NCBI GenBank assembly: GCA_048940445.1
Contig: JBHLON010000010.1
Span: 139 to 64,138 of the forward strand
From: Promethearchaeota archaeon
Lineage (GTDB): Archaea > Asgardarchaeota > Lokiarchaeia > Sigyniarchaeales > SOKP01
DNA: 64,000 bases
Reading direction: 5' to 3'
The translations under genes and the position numbers were made by a program. Position 1 is the first letter of the stretch; every line of letters starts with the position of its first letter. Under the pieces are notes generated by a model. That model saw only the letters and a program-made list of their open reading frames with translations, was not told where the DNA came from and did not search any database. Shown in pieces: positions 27,220 to 37,219 of the stretch.

Positions 27220-27651
27220 TTGGTTAAAGTTAATCCTTTTTTATTGGTAAAGAACGGAAAAGCTGCTATCGAGTTATATAAAGAATTATTTGGAGCAAAA
27301 TTGATAGATCATATGCCATTTACAAAAGAAATGGCTAAGGAATCTGGATTCCCTAAAGACTTTGATTATCAAAATTCTACGATGCATGCAGTACTAGACA
27401 TAGGAGGCGCTGAAATAATGCTTGCTGATAATACTATGGGGCTCTCTACGGGTGGAAATGTAGAAGTCGTTTTACATTTAGATACTAAGAAACAAATTGA
27501 AACAATCTATAAAAAAGCGAAAGCCAAAAATTTTAAAATAAAAATGGAGCTTCAACAGACATTTTGGGGAGCTTGGTATACTAGATTTGAAGATTCAGAA
27601 GGTGTGGGATGGCAATTAAATTATCAAGAGCAAACTCCTGAAAAATCCTAA
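27220..27651 (+). CDS. VOC/glyoxalase-fold protein (PhnB-like)
   Basis: VKVNPFLLVKNGKAAIELYKELFGA and FWGAWYTRFEDSEGVGWQLN. I place the start at TTG 27220, preceded by GGAAGGTGA with 5-nt spacing, rather than the track start at 27184. Confidence 0.7.
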   Translation: MVKVNPFLLVKNGKAAIELYKELFGAKLIDHMPFTKEMAKESGFPKDFDYQNSTMHAVLDIGGAEIMLADNTMGLSTGGNVEVVLHLDTKKQIETIYKKAKAKNFKIKMELQQTFWGAWYTRFEDSEGVGWQLNYQEQTPEKS

Positions 27652-27689
27652 TTCCTTATCTCAAACAAACAAATAAAAATCTAATTCTT

Positions 27690-28505
27690 ATGAGCGAAAA
27701 AATAATTCTGATTACTGGTTCTACGGATGGGATAGGATATCAAACAGCAATTGAATTAGTTAAATCAGAATTTCAAGTTATTGTTCATGGCAGGGATCAA
27801 GAAAAGGCTGACTTAACATTAAATCGGATCGCAAGGATAACCCAGAGGAAAAATATTAGTGCCGTTTATGCGGATTTACGTTCTTTTAATCAAATAAAGG
27901 AGATGGTCAATAAAATTAAAAGTAAATTTGATAGATTAGACGTGCTTATTAATAATGCAGGTGTATATAAGCCAGAGCGATCTATAACTGAAGAAGGATT
28001 TGAAACAACATTTGCAGTAAATTATATGGCTCCTTTTCTCCTCACCAAATTATTGATGGATATGTTGAAAAAAAGTGAATCGGGAAGGATTGTCAATGTG
28101 GTATCAAGAGTCCATTCTAATCATTTTGATTTTAAAAACTTACAGTTAGAGAGGGGATATACGGGTGTTAAAGCGTATGCCAACTCGAAAACTGCACTGA
28201 TTTTGTTCACGTATTTTCTTGCTGATAAATTAAAAAGTGCAAATATTACAGTTAATTGCCTTCATCCTGGGGTAATAAATACAAAATTACTGAATTCTGC
28301 TTATGGATCATATGGAGCACCAGTAATAGAGGGTGCTAAAACTTTAATTTTTGCAGCTACATCACCAAAGTTAGAAAATATATCTGGAAAGTATCTTGTA
28401 TATAACCATCCAAAACCCTCAAAAGATATCACCTATAATAAAGAACTACAGAAAATGCTTTGGGATAAAACTGAAGAACTCATTGGTATAAAAATTGATC
28501 TTTGA
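27690..28505 (+). CDS. short-chain dehydrogenase/reductase (retinol-dehydrogenase-like)
   Basis: TGSTDGIG, NNAG and YANSK motifs. Confidence 0.85.
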   Translation: MSEKIILITGSTDGIGYQTAIELVKSEFQVIVHGRDQEKADLTLNRIARITQRKNISAVYADLRSFNQIKEMVNKIKSKFDRLDVLINNAGVYKPERSITEEGFETTFAVNYMAPFLLTKLLMDMLKKSESGRIVNVVSRVHSNHFDFKNLQLERGYTGVKAYANSKTALILFTYFLADKLKSANITVNCLHPGVINTKLLNSAYGSYGAPVIEGAKTLIFAATSPKLENISGKYLVYNHPKPSKDITYNKELQKMLWDKTEELIGIKIDL

Positions 28506-28510
28506 TGAGT

Positions 28511-28867
28511 TTAAGATTTTTGATAAGATTCATTTTGGAATAATTCATTGATTTTTGCGGCCAAAATGAAATCATTAAGATGTAGTCCTTTAATTGCATG
28601 AGTGTGTAGTTCCAAAATAACTTGGTTATAATAAATAAATATATCGGGATGATGACCCTCATCTTCTGCAAGCTCTGCTACTTGATTCACAAATTTCATC
28701 GCTTCTTTAAAATCCTCGAAACTAAATTCTCTATTAATTCTGTGAATTCCTTCTTTAATTAGTGACCATCCTTTTACTTGGTTTATATATTCTTTTTCTT
28801 TTTCCTTAGAAAACGGGGGGATACCTCCTTCACAGGGTACACATTTTTTTTCTAATAAATCGGCCAC
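28511..28867 (-). CDS. pterin-4a-carbinolamine dehydratase
   Basis: EGHHPDI and the H-T-H motif (LELHTHAI). GTG start with GGTGA 6 nt upstream. Confidence 0.85.
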   Translation of the reverse strand: MADLLEKKCVPCEGGIPPFSKEKEKEYINQVKGWSLIKEGIHRINREFSFEDFKEAMKFVNQVAELAEDEGHHPDIFIYYNQVILELHTHAIKGLHLNDFILAAKINELFQNESYQKS

Positions 28868-29000
28868 TTTTTTTCACCTATTCTTTATACATTTGATTCT
28901 ATTAATAAACACTTTTAATATAAAATATAATTATATTTCCATAAAAAGTATAAATTTTACTATTACTAGACAAAACCTTTAACTAATATTCTAACCATTT

Positions 29001-30488
29001 ATGTATAATATGACAATTATAGATCTCAAGTTGGGAAAACTAGAAGGGTATACCGAGAATGGTTTATCTATATTTAAAGGAATACCTTATGCTGAACCTC
29101 CGATTGGGGATTTACGATTCTATCCCCCAGTCGCAAAAAAACCTTGGGATGGAGTATTAAATGCAAAAGAATTTGGTTCTTGTGCATTCCAAGGATATAG
29201 TGAACTAGAAAAATTGGTAGGTAAACTAGAACCCGAAAGTGAAGATTGTTTAACCCTTAACATCTGGACTCCTGGTATTGATAATGAAAAACGTCCAGTA
29301 ATGTTCTGGATACATGGTGGAGCATTCATCTTTAATGGAAGTAAAAGTCCAGCTTATGATAGTGCAGAATTAGCTCATCGAGGTAATTTAGTTGTGGTAA
29401 CAATTAATTATCGATTAGGAGCTTTGGGTTTTTTATATGTTCCTGGTGTTACTGTTAATGCTGGAATACTTGATCAAACAATGGCCTTAAAATGGGTGCA
29501 TGACAATATTGCGTCATTTGGAGGTGATCCTGATAATATTACAATTTTTGGAGAATCTGCGGGAGGTTATTCTGTTATAGCCCTTGCTGCCATGCCATTG
29601 GCAAAAGGACTTTTCCATCGAATTATTGGTCAGAGTGCACCAACTATTGATCCAAAACTAGATCAAAAACCTACCAAAACGTTAATGCGTTCATTAGGCT
29701 TAAAGAGTGGGGATATTGATGGTTTAAGGAAAATTTCTCCAGAAAAAATTATAGAAGCCCAAAATAAAATTACTAATAAGGAGTTATTGGCTTTTAGACC
29801 TTTAATTGATGGGGAAATAATCCCTATTCATCCATTACACGAATTCATGAAAGGAAATTGTAAAAACATTGATTTATTGATTGGAACCAATCTAAATGAA
29901 GCAAAACTTTTCACTTCGTTGGATCCTAACATAAGCAAAATAGATGATGAAAAGTTTATTTTTGGATCTTTAGCAATGATGGGAATAAATCTTGATAAAG
30001 CCAAATTGATTGTCAATACCTATAAAAACGCTCGTGAAGGAAAATATTCAAATGAACCTAAAGAATTACTTGACGCTATTATGACAGATATGTTGTTCCG
30101 AATTTCAACTACACGTCTGCTTGAAGCTCAATCAGTACATCAGCATAACACTTATAATTATTTATTCGCGTGGCAAACCCCCTTTTTCAATGGAAACTTA
30201 GGTGCTTGCCATGCACTTGAAATTCCATTCGTTTTCAATAGTTTTGATGATCCTGCAATGAGAGAATTTGTTGGCAGCAAATCAAATGTTGAGTCTCTAT
30301 GTAATCAAATGATGGATGCTTGGATTTCTTTTGCCCATACTGGAGATCCCAATCACAATGGAATTCCCCACTGGCCTCCATATGATAAAGATAAGAGAGC
30401 CACTTTTATATTTGATGAAGAATGCAGAATAGAAAATGCTGTATTTGAAAAAGAGAGGAAAATATGGGACGGAATAACGGAGATATAA
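29001..30488 (+). CDS. type-B carboxylesterase (para-nitrobenzyl esterase-like)
   Basis: EDCLTLNIWTP, HGGAF and the nucleophile elbow GESAGG. Confidence 0.9.
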   Translation: MYNMTIIDLKLGKLEGYTENGLSIFKGIPYAEPPIGDLRFYPPVAKKPWDGVLNAKEFGSCAFQGYSELEKLVGKLEPESEDCLTLNIWTPGIDNEKRPVMFWIHGGAFIFNGSKSPAYDSAELAHRGNLVVVTINYRLGALGFLYVPGVTVNAGILDQTMALKWVHDNIASFGGDPDNITIFGESAGGYSVIALAAMPLAKGLFHRIIGQSAPTIDPKLDQKPTKTLMRSLGLKSGDIDGLRKISPEKIIEAQNKITNKELLAFRPLIDGEIIPIHPLHEFMKGNCKNIDLLIGTNLNEAKLFTSLDPNISKIDDEKFIFGSLAMMGINLDKAKLIVNTYKNAREGKYSNEPKELLDAIMTDMLFRISTTRLLEAQSVHQHNTYNYLFAWQTPFFNGNLGACHALEIPFVFNSFDDPAMREFVGSKSNVESLCNQMMDAWISFAHTGDPNHNGIPHWPPYDKDKRATFIFDEECRIENAVFEKERKIWDGITEI

Positions 30489-30520
30489 ATCAATTTCCCT
30501 AGACATTCTTTTTATTTCAA

Positions 30521-31540
30521 TTATATTTGAAATACTGACAATTTTAAGGTAGTATATATAATATAAAAACTAATTAATAATCCTCCTTCCCATCTTCTTA
30601 ATGTTTTTTCACTCCATAGAAAATATAGCCCAAGAGCCAATACTAAGAACAATACCGGGATATCAAAGACTAAAATGATCATTGGAACCTTAAAATTAAT
30701 AATTAAAGTCCCTGATCCTGTTGCTAATAAAAGATCACAAATATTAGAGCCTAATATATCTCCTATTGCGAGTCCATAGGATTCTCTTCTTATTGCCGTT
30801 AAATCCGCAACTAATTCTGGCAAACTTGTACCAAGGCCAACTATCAGAATTCCAATTACATTTTCTGGAATAAAGAAAACTTTAGCTATATCATGAGCAG
30901 ACAACAATGTAATTTCTGCTGTGAAAAGTAGGATGGTAAGACCAAGTAAGAAAATTGCAATATCTTTGATTATTGAGGAAGTTTTACGTGTTATTTCTAC
31001 TGGTTCGATATATACAGGATCCATTCGTTCCTTTTCAAGGTATTTAGGCTCACATTTTGATCTTATTAGGCGTTTCTCACTCCAAATAACTAAGGAGAGA
31101 TAAAAAATATAAACGAGTATCATTATTAAGCCTTCAAACTGAGAAAGGATTCCATCAAGAGAAAAGATAAGAAAAATTAATGCAGAAATCACAAGCATAG
31201 GACCTTCTCTTCTTAATTCCCACTTACTCACAAAAATAGGTTGGCTCACTGCTAAAATTCCAATTATTAGAGTAAAATTACTCAAAAATGATCCTATTTT
31301 ATTCCCAATTACTATCCCATCAATATTTGGATCAATCCCTAAGAATTTATCAAAACCACCAATTACACTAACTGCAATTTCAGGCAAACTAGTCCCAATG
31401 GCTAATATCGTCAAACCTACCATTATGTGACTAACTTTTAAGCGAGCTGAAATGTTTTCTAATCCAATGATTACTAATTTCGCACCAAAATATAATCCGA
31501 TAAAGCCGCTTAATAGAAGAACAAACGATATTAGGACCAT
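30521..31540 (-). CDS. Ca2+/cation antiporter (CaCA, YrbG-like)
   Basis: Two alpha-repeat motifs: GTSLPEIAVSV...GNKIGS and GTSLPELVADL...GDILGSNI. Confidence 0.85.
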   Translation of the reverse strand: MVLISFVLLLSGFIGLYFGAKLVIIGLENISARLKVSHIMVGLTILAIGTSLPEIAVSVIGGFDKFLGIDPNIDGIVIGNKIGSFLSNFTLIIGILAVSQPIFVSKWELRREGPMLVISALIFLIFSLDGILSQFEGLIMILVYIFYLSLVIWSEKRLIRSKCEPKYLEKERMDPVYIEPVEITRKTSSIIKDIAIFLLGLTILLFTAEITLLSAHDIAKVFFIPENVIGILIVGLGTSLPELVADLTAIRRESYGLAIGDILGSNICDLLLATGSGTLIINFKVPMIILVFDIPVLFLVLALGLYFLWSEKTLRRWEGGLLISFYIIYTTLKLSVFQI

Positions 31541-31753
31541 GGCTAGTTATTAAAAAAAAGTTCGAATATAAATTTTTCTTACGATAAAAATAGACTTCCA
31601 CGTTATTAACGAGGTGATTTCTAAAAAATATTAAAAGAAATGATGATCTAATCATTTGATCTCCCTTTAATAAGTTTTTTTAAAAAAAAATGCCCTTTTA
31701 AATAAAAAATGAATATAGTTAAATTTAATATTTAAAAATAGAATTATATTTGC

Positions 31754-32386
31754 ATGAGATTCAAAAAGAGAAAGAAACTTAAAAATAGATTAAAGGAAGA
31801 AGAACCTCATTTTGAAATACAACCTTTAATCGAGCATAAAGATAAAGAAAAGCATCGTTTTGAGCCTCACTTTTCATTCAAAGTCTTATTAGTAGGGCAT
31901 AATGATTCAGGAAAGATAAGTTATCTAGAAGACTTTGGAAATTCATGGTTTAAGGCTAATACAAAGTTATCAATTGGAATTAGTTTTGAAATAAAAGAGA
32001 TCAAAATAGAAGACGTTAATATAAAGTTGCAAATCTGGGACTTAGCTATAGAAGAACGTTGGAGAGATTTAGTTCCACTTTACTGTAGAGGTGCATTGGG
32101 AGCTATTTTAATGTTTGAAATGTCAAAACCAGAAACATTGTATAAATTACCAAAGTGGATTCGGATCATAAAGGATAATACTGCAAATATTCCTTTGATC
32201 TTAATGGGGAATATTGATCTCCCAAATAACCTAAATCAAGTTTCTAAAGAGCAAGCTTTAGATTTTGTTAGATCTGAACAATTAAATGGGTATTTCGAAT
32301 GTAATGTTCTTACGGGCAAGAATTTAAATAATGCATTTGAAAGTTTAACGAGACTAATAATTAAAAATTATGAAAACAAGACATAA
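31754..32386 (+). CDS. Rab-like GTPase-fold protein with lost catalytic motifs (pseudo-GTPase) and basic N-terminal extension
   Basis: 210 aa. G1 GHNDSGKI, G3 WDLAIEE, G4 GNIDL, G5 region NVLTGK. It retains the family core KLQIWD..RGALGAILMFE. The 40-aa N-terminal extension is K/R/E-rich with EPHF twice. Confidence 0.7.
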   Translation: MRFKKRKKLKNRLKEEEPHFEIQPLIEHKDKEKHRFEPHFSFKVLLVGHNDSGKISYLEDFGNSWFKANTKLSIGISFEIKEIKIEDVNIKLQIWDLAIEERWRDLVPLYCRGALGAILMFEMSKPETLYKLPKWIRIIKDNTANIPLILMGNIDLPNNLNQVSKEQALDFVRSEQLNGYFECNVLTGKNLNNAFESLTRLIIKNYENKT

Positions 32387-32505
32387 ATTCTTCTAATTTT
32401 ATAAAGGAGCCTAAAGTTGCATATTTCGATGACCCATTAAACTTTTTTAAATTTTAACAACTATATTCAGAGTATAATAAAAATATTTTATTTTTACGCA
32501 TATTT

Positions 32506-33702
32506 ATGTCAAAGCTTTTCGAACCTATGAAAATAGGTAAAATGGAGGTACGAAATCGATTTGTGCGATCTGCTACTAGTGAAAATATGGCGACCGAGAC
32601 TGGCAAAATTACTGCTGATTTTATCAAAATGTATAAGACTCTTTCCAAAGGACAAATTGGTTTAATCATTTTAGGATACATGTATATTCATCCTTATGGA
32701 AGAGCTTTCAAGTATCAGACTGGTATTTATAGTGACAAACATATTTCTGGTATTAAAAAGGTGGTAGACGTTATACATAAAGAAAAAGGAAAGGTTGCTG
32801 TACAACTAGTGCATGCAGGACCCCAAACCTATCCGCAAATTATAAAAACAAAACCTTTTGGTCCCTCTAAAAAAATATTGAATCCGTTCACATTTGCTAT
32901 GCCAAGAGAAATGAATGAAACCGAGATTCAGGACACTATTACCTTTTTTATTGATGCCGCAAAGAGAGCTGTAAGAGCTGGAGTAGATGCAATAGAAATT
33001 CACGCAGCACATGGTTACCTTATCAACCAATTCCTTTCTCCTTACTTCAATCATAGAAAAGATGACTGGGGTGGCTCGGATGAAAATCGATTTCGATATC
33101 TTAAAGAAATATATATTCAAATTAAGGTGGCTATTCCAAATGAAATTCCTGTCTTTATAAAATTGAATGCTCATGATCATACACCTAAAGAAGGAATAAC
33201 TCCTCCTTTAGCAGCAAAATATGCAAGATGGTTAGTTAAGCTTGGAATTGATGCTATTGAAATTAGTGGTGGAACTAATCATTATTCTCTTTTTGATGTA
33301 ATCCGGGGAGATATCCCTTCAGATGAAATGGTTATGTGGATCCCCAAAAACGTTAGAGAATCAGCAAAAAAAGTATTTCAGGAAATGGAAGGTAAGTATA
33401 CGTTGGAAGAAGGTTACAATTTAGAAGCCGCAAAAACTTTAAAGCCGGAAATGGGAAAAACGCCTTTAATATTAGTAGGAGGATTTAGATCTTTAACATT
33501 TATGGAAGAGGTTATAGAAAGAAATTATGCAGACTTCATTTCAATGTGCAGACCTTTCATTAGAGAACCTCATCTTATTAAACAAATTTATAAAGGTAGA
33601 AAGGATATGTCATCGTGTTCTTCATGTAATCGTTGTGTAGCTGCGTTACCCAATAATTTACCCGTTCACTGTTATGAAAAGAGTTTTCCGAAAATTATAT
33701 AA
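32506..33702 (+). CDS. Old Yellow Enzyme-family NADH:flavin oxidoreductase
   Basis: FEPMKIGKMEVRNRFVRSA, HAAHGYLINQFLSP and WGGSDENRFRYLKEI. A C-terminal Cys cluster (CSSCNRC) is present. Confidence 0.85.
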   Translation: MSKLFEPMKIGKMEVRNRFVRSATSENMATETGKITADFIKMYKTLSKGQIGLIILGYMYIHPYGRAFKYQTGIYSDKHISGIKKVVDVIHKEKGKVAVQLVHAGPQTYPQIIKTKPFGPSKKILNPFTFAMPREMNETEIQDTITFFIDAAKRAVRAGVDAIEIHAAHGYLINQFLSPYFNHRKDDWGGSDENRFRYLKEIYIQIKVAIPNEIPVFIKLNAHDHTPKEGITPPLAAKYARWLVKLGIDAIEISGGTNHYSLFDVIRGDIPSDEMVMWIPKNVRESAKKVFQEMEGKYTLEEGYNLEAAKTLKPEMGKTPLILVGGFRSLTFMEEVIERNYADFISMCRPFIREPHLIKQIYKGRKDMSSCSSCNRCVAALPNNLPVHCYEKSFPKII

Positions 33703-33741
33703 TCTTCACTTTAATTAAAATAAAACTATTAGAAGATTAAC

Positions 33742-33930
33742 TTATTTCAACTTATCATAACAATTTTGACAAAAAAATATTCTTCGATTTTTTGAGGCGT
33801 TTTGAACCATAAATCCTGCTGTATTCTTGGACTCACAACCCCAACACATCTTATTAACAGCAGTATCAACAAAATAAGCATCTTTTTTGTTGAAAATATC
33901 ATCTTTAATAATTTCTTGATAACTTTTCAT
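33742..33930 (-). CDS. small zinc-ribbon protein (62 aa)
   Basis: CWGC...CQNC pairs. There is no other signal. Confidence 0.35.
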   Translation of the reverse strand: MKSYQEIIKDDIFNKKDAYFVDTAVNKMCWGCESKNTAGFMVQNASKNRRIFFCQNCYDKLK

Positions 33931-34182
33931 TTTCTTTCTTTTGTGGATTATTATTCGAATATATATTCGCTATAACAGATTGTTTAATTAATATTTTTGA
34001 ACGTATTTAAGCATTATGTATACTTTTAAGAACAAAAGCAAGCTTAAAAGCAGATTTATTGTAATCATTATGGGAATTAGATAAAATTAAACAGAATGAA
34101 GTCAATTATAAATCAGATCTTAAGAGGATCATCTGGTGTTTCGCACAGATAAATTGATTAATTACAATTCGATTTTTCAGTT

Positions 34183-34695
34183 TTATTCTTCCCATAATTG
34201 AATCATAAGATTGAAGATAAATTTATTTTCATCCTTTTTTACAAACGTATGGTACCAATTAAGGTGTTCTTCATAACCTAATTCAAATCCATTTACTCCT
34301 TTTGTTTCACCAATATATTTATATTCACTTTCATTGACCCATTTCCATAAATTGCCCCAACATTCTCCCAATTTTTCTATCCCTTCACATCTTAATAATG
34401 CATATAAGCCACCAGGTATGATTCTTATGAAAATATTCTTTTCAATTTTTGTTTCAGGAGTTAATGCTATAAAGAAACCATACCCATGTGGTTCTGGGTT
34501 TTCAGTTGGGTAAGTATTTCTACCAAAAATCCGAATATTAGAGTTCTCCTTTAAGAAACCCTTGTTCTTTGCCCAAAGTTCTAACATTTTCCATGCATCT
34601 TCTTCAGGGGTATTTGAGAATGCATGGAAATATGCCGAACGAATGGCTCTCATATTGATAAGTTCAACATTCATAAATTCTATACCTTTTTTCAT
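34183..34695 (-). CDS. GyrI-like small-molecule-binding domain protein
   Basis: 170 aa. The pattern is typical of the AraC-effector/GyrI-like fold (AIRSAYFHAF, GYGFFIAL, IPGGLYALLRCEG). Confidence 0.6.
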   Translation of the reverse strand: MKKGIEFMNVELINMRAIRSAYFHAFSNTPEEDAWKMLELWAKNKGFLKENSNIRIFGRNTYPTENPEPHGYGFFIALTPETKIEKNIFIRIIPGGLYALLRCEGIEKLGECWGNLWKWVNESEYKYIGETKGVNGFELGYEEHLNWYHTFVKKDENKFIFNLMIQLWEE

Positions 34696-34801
34696 TAAAT
34701 TCTCTCATGAAAAAAATCTAATTCCTTCTGATATAACAAAATTAGATATATATTTAATTTTTAGCTTAAGTAAGGATGTTTCTATAAATAAACTATATTG
34801 A

Positions 34802-36034
34802 CTATTTATGAATGAATGCTGGAATTAAGTGTAAACTATTCAAAAAACCTAGATGTTTCATAAGTTTCCATTTTCTAGACATCATAATCTTCCAGATTTG
34901 TTTCCTAGTTTGAGAACCAGAAAACATTGCAGTAAGTGATTCCATCATTTCACTATCTTTCTGAGCTATTTCATAGGCTGCATCAATTATATTTCCCAAT
35001 AATCCACTATGAAATAGAAGGCGATGGATTTTATATGTATATTGCAATTCTTTTTCATAAAGATGTTTTAATAATAGATTTTGATATTGAGCTAGATATG
35101 TTTCTCGAAAATCGCCATGTTCAAGAGCTTCACAAAAAACTGTTGCGGCTAATTTTCCTGATAGCCGTGCCTGATAAATACCTTCATATAAAATAGGATC
35201 TGCTGTACCGCATGCATCTCCAATTACCATTATCTGATCACAAAATGGTTTTGAAATCAGACAATCAGGGATTGGTGCTGCCCATATTTTATGCCCTCCA
35301 TGCTCTATCATTTTTCTATTTGATATTTTCTCTCTTATAAATGGGTTTTTGAGAAATATGTTCAAATCCGTTATTTTGGGATTTTTACCCAAAATTCCTA
35401 TACTCACAGCTGCAAGCTTAGGAAATGCCCAAGCGAGGCCATGATCTAATTGGATAATGTCGAAAAACTCCCACACACAGTTGCCAAATTCTTCATCAAT
35501 AATTGATTCTGGTACTGCAAATTCTGCTTGTATGGCATTTATCATGCTTGGAACTTCTATACCAATTTGGCGCTGGAGTTTTGCTCCTCCAAGTCCGGTG
35601 GCAATAATCACACATCTAGCTCGATATTCTTTAGGTCCTCTAAGAATTACTGTTTCATCTTTTTTTCTCTCAATTGATTTTACATAAAAGTTATAATTAA
35701 TTTGAGAACCTGCATCACAAGCAAGATCGATAAGAAATTTGTCAAAATCAGTTCGAAACATGCAATAACCTTTATTCCTTTCTCCAGTAGCTTTAAATTC
35801 CATCATGCCATTTTTGGGAGTAACTAAGACTCCTCCCGTAATTTCTCGTTCACCAATGCCATGAGGAATTTCACTAAAAACCTCATTACTCACTGGGATA
35901 CCTCCAGCACAACATTTGTATCGTCCTTCTTTAGCTGCTTCAAGTAATAACACATTAGCACCGAATTCTGCAGCTATTCTTGCAGCTGTAGCACCACCCG
36001 GACCAGCACCTATAACTATAAGATCATAGACCAA
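34802..36034 (-). CDS. geranylgeranyl reductase-family FAD-dependent oxidoreductase
   Basis: YDLIVIGAGPGGATAARIAAEFGANVLLLE and a CCAGG motif. TTG start with GAGG 8 nt upstream. Confidence 0.75.
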   Translation of the reverse strand: MVYDLIVIGAGPGGATAARIAAEFGANVLLLEAAKEGRYKCCAGGIPVSNEVFSEIPHGIGEREITGGVLVTPKNGMMEFKATGERNKGYCMFRTDFDKFLIDLACDAGSQINYNFYVKSIERKKDETVILRGPKEYRARCVIIATGLGGAKLQRQIGIEVPSMINAIQAEFAVPESIIDEEFGNCVWEFFDIIQLDHGLAWAFPKLAAVSIGILGKNPKITDLNIFLKNPFIREKISNRKMIEHGGHKIWAAPIPDCLISKPFCDQIMVIGDACGTADPILYEGIYQARLSGKLAATVFCEALEHGDFRETYLAQYQNLLLKHLYEKELQYTYKIHRLLFHSGLLGNIIDAAYEIAQKDSEMMESLTAMFSGSQTRKQIWKIMMSRKWKLMKHLGFLNSLHLIPAFIHK

Positions 36035-36284
36035 GTATAAAGCCTCATGTTAAAAATTTTTTTGAATATGTATTATATCAATCCAAATACATAAATAGTT
36101 TAATAAGAGAAAGATTCCATCTCTAATTATTTATTAAAGAATGGCTTTAATTTGCAAATAGCTTGCTGATATTACTTATAGGCTATAAAATACGTTATTA
36201 AGGGATTAAATTAGTTAACGATGCAATTAAAAACTACCGCTCATACCTAAACATAACATTTTACGCAAAATTAGGTTTAAAATT

Positions 36285-37205
36285 ATGTTAGAGACGGCAG
36301 GAATCAAGATAAAGAAGATAACATGCCCAATGTGCGGAAAAAAATATGTTCCTAAATTTTTTCATCGTGAAAAAATGAATTATGAACTTGAAGCTCCGAT
36401 TTATAGATTTAAAATCCCTAAATTTAAAAAATCAAACAATCATGCTCGCCCGAATAGTATTATTCGGCGTTCTTGGGTAACTTATTGCCCTAAATGTAAA
36501 TATATTATCAAGTTTGCGGCAGAAGTAGGAAAAAAAGAATTATTAGCAGATTTCAGCTCACTTTTCCATCTTAAGGAATTTAAAGAGAATGGGAATATTT
36601 ATGAGTATAGCTTTTACAATTATGAACAACCTTATACTGATGCTTTATTTTATAATAAAAAACTCCTTAAATTTCTGGAAAATAGTATTTATAATGCTCT
36701 TGAAGATTTAAAGTTGGCACATTGGGGAAAATTGTACAAGATGTGGAAGAAGGAACAAACTATTGATTCATTTAAATTTCTAATTAGGTTCTATTCATAT
36801 CTATTGAACAAAAATCATGTTCATGATGCTAAAATAAGTAATGAAAAATTTTTAGACACAATTCAAGGATTAGAGATTTCAGATGATTTAAAGAAAGACT
36901 TGTTAGAAATTAAAACAATAAGAAACAAGATAATTTATGAATATTATGAGTTGAATAAAGATGATGAAAAATTCATCCATAACACTTTCACTAATTTAGT
37001 GTTTGAATTAGCTTTCAATAAATTGAAACTTTTAGGTTTAGACGGGATCTATAATAAAAAAGACGCAGATACAATAGATAGACAATTCCTTTACTCTGAA
37101 TTAAAAAATGTGTTTTCCCATTATTTTGAAGATCAGATTGGACTTTCAGAGTTTCTTAATGAATTTGTGATTTCTTTACTTAATAAGTTAGAAATAACTC
37201 TATAA
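36285..37205 (+). CDS. zinc-ribbon protein with C-terminal helical (HEPN/DUF4145-like?) domain
   Basis: 306 aa. CPMCG...CPKCKY at the N-terminus. The helical C-terminal region contains LLEIKTIRNKIIYEY. Confidence 0.5.
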   Translation: MLETAGIKIKKITCPMCGKKYVPKFFHREKMNYELEAPIYRFKIPKFKKSNNHARPNSIIRRSWVTYCPKCKYIIKFAAEVGKKELLADFSSLFHLKEFKENGNIYEYSFYNYEQPYTDALFYNKKLLKFLENSIYNALEDLKLAHWGKLYKMWKKEQTIDSFKFLIRFYSYLLNKNHVHDAKISNEKFLDTIQGLEISDDLKKDLLEIKTIRNKIIYEYYELNKDDEKFIHNTFTNLVFELAFNKLKLLGLDGIYNKKDADTIDRQFLYSELKNVFSHYFEDQIGLSEFLNEFVISLLNKLEITL

Positions 37206-37219
37206 AGAGATATCTTGCA

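Noticed and set aside
33956-33969. 14-bp perfect palindrome CGAATATATATTCG, 26-39 nt upstream of the small zinc-ribbon gene
   Set aside because: It is most simply a TATA-box-like promoter element that happens to be palindromic, and I see no associated regulator.
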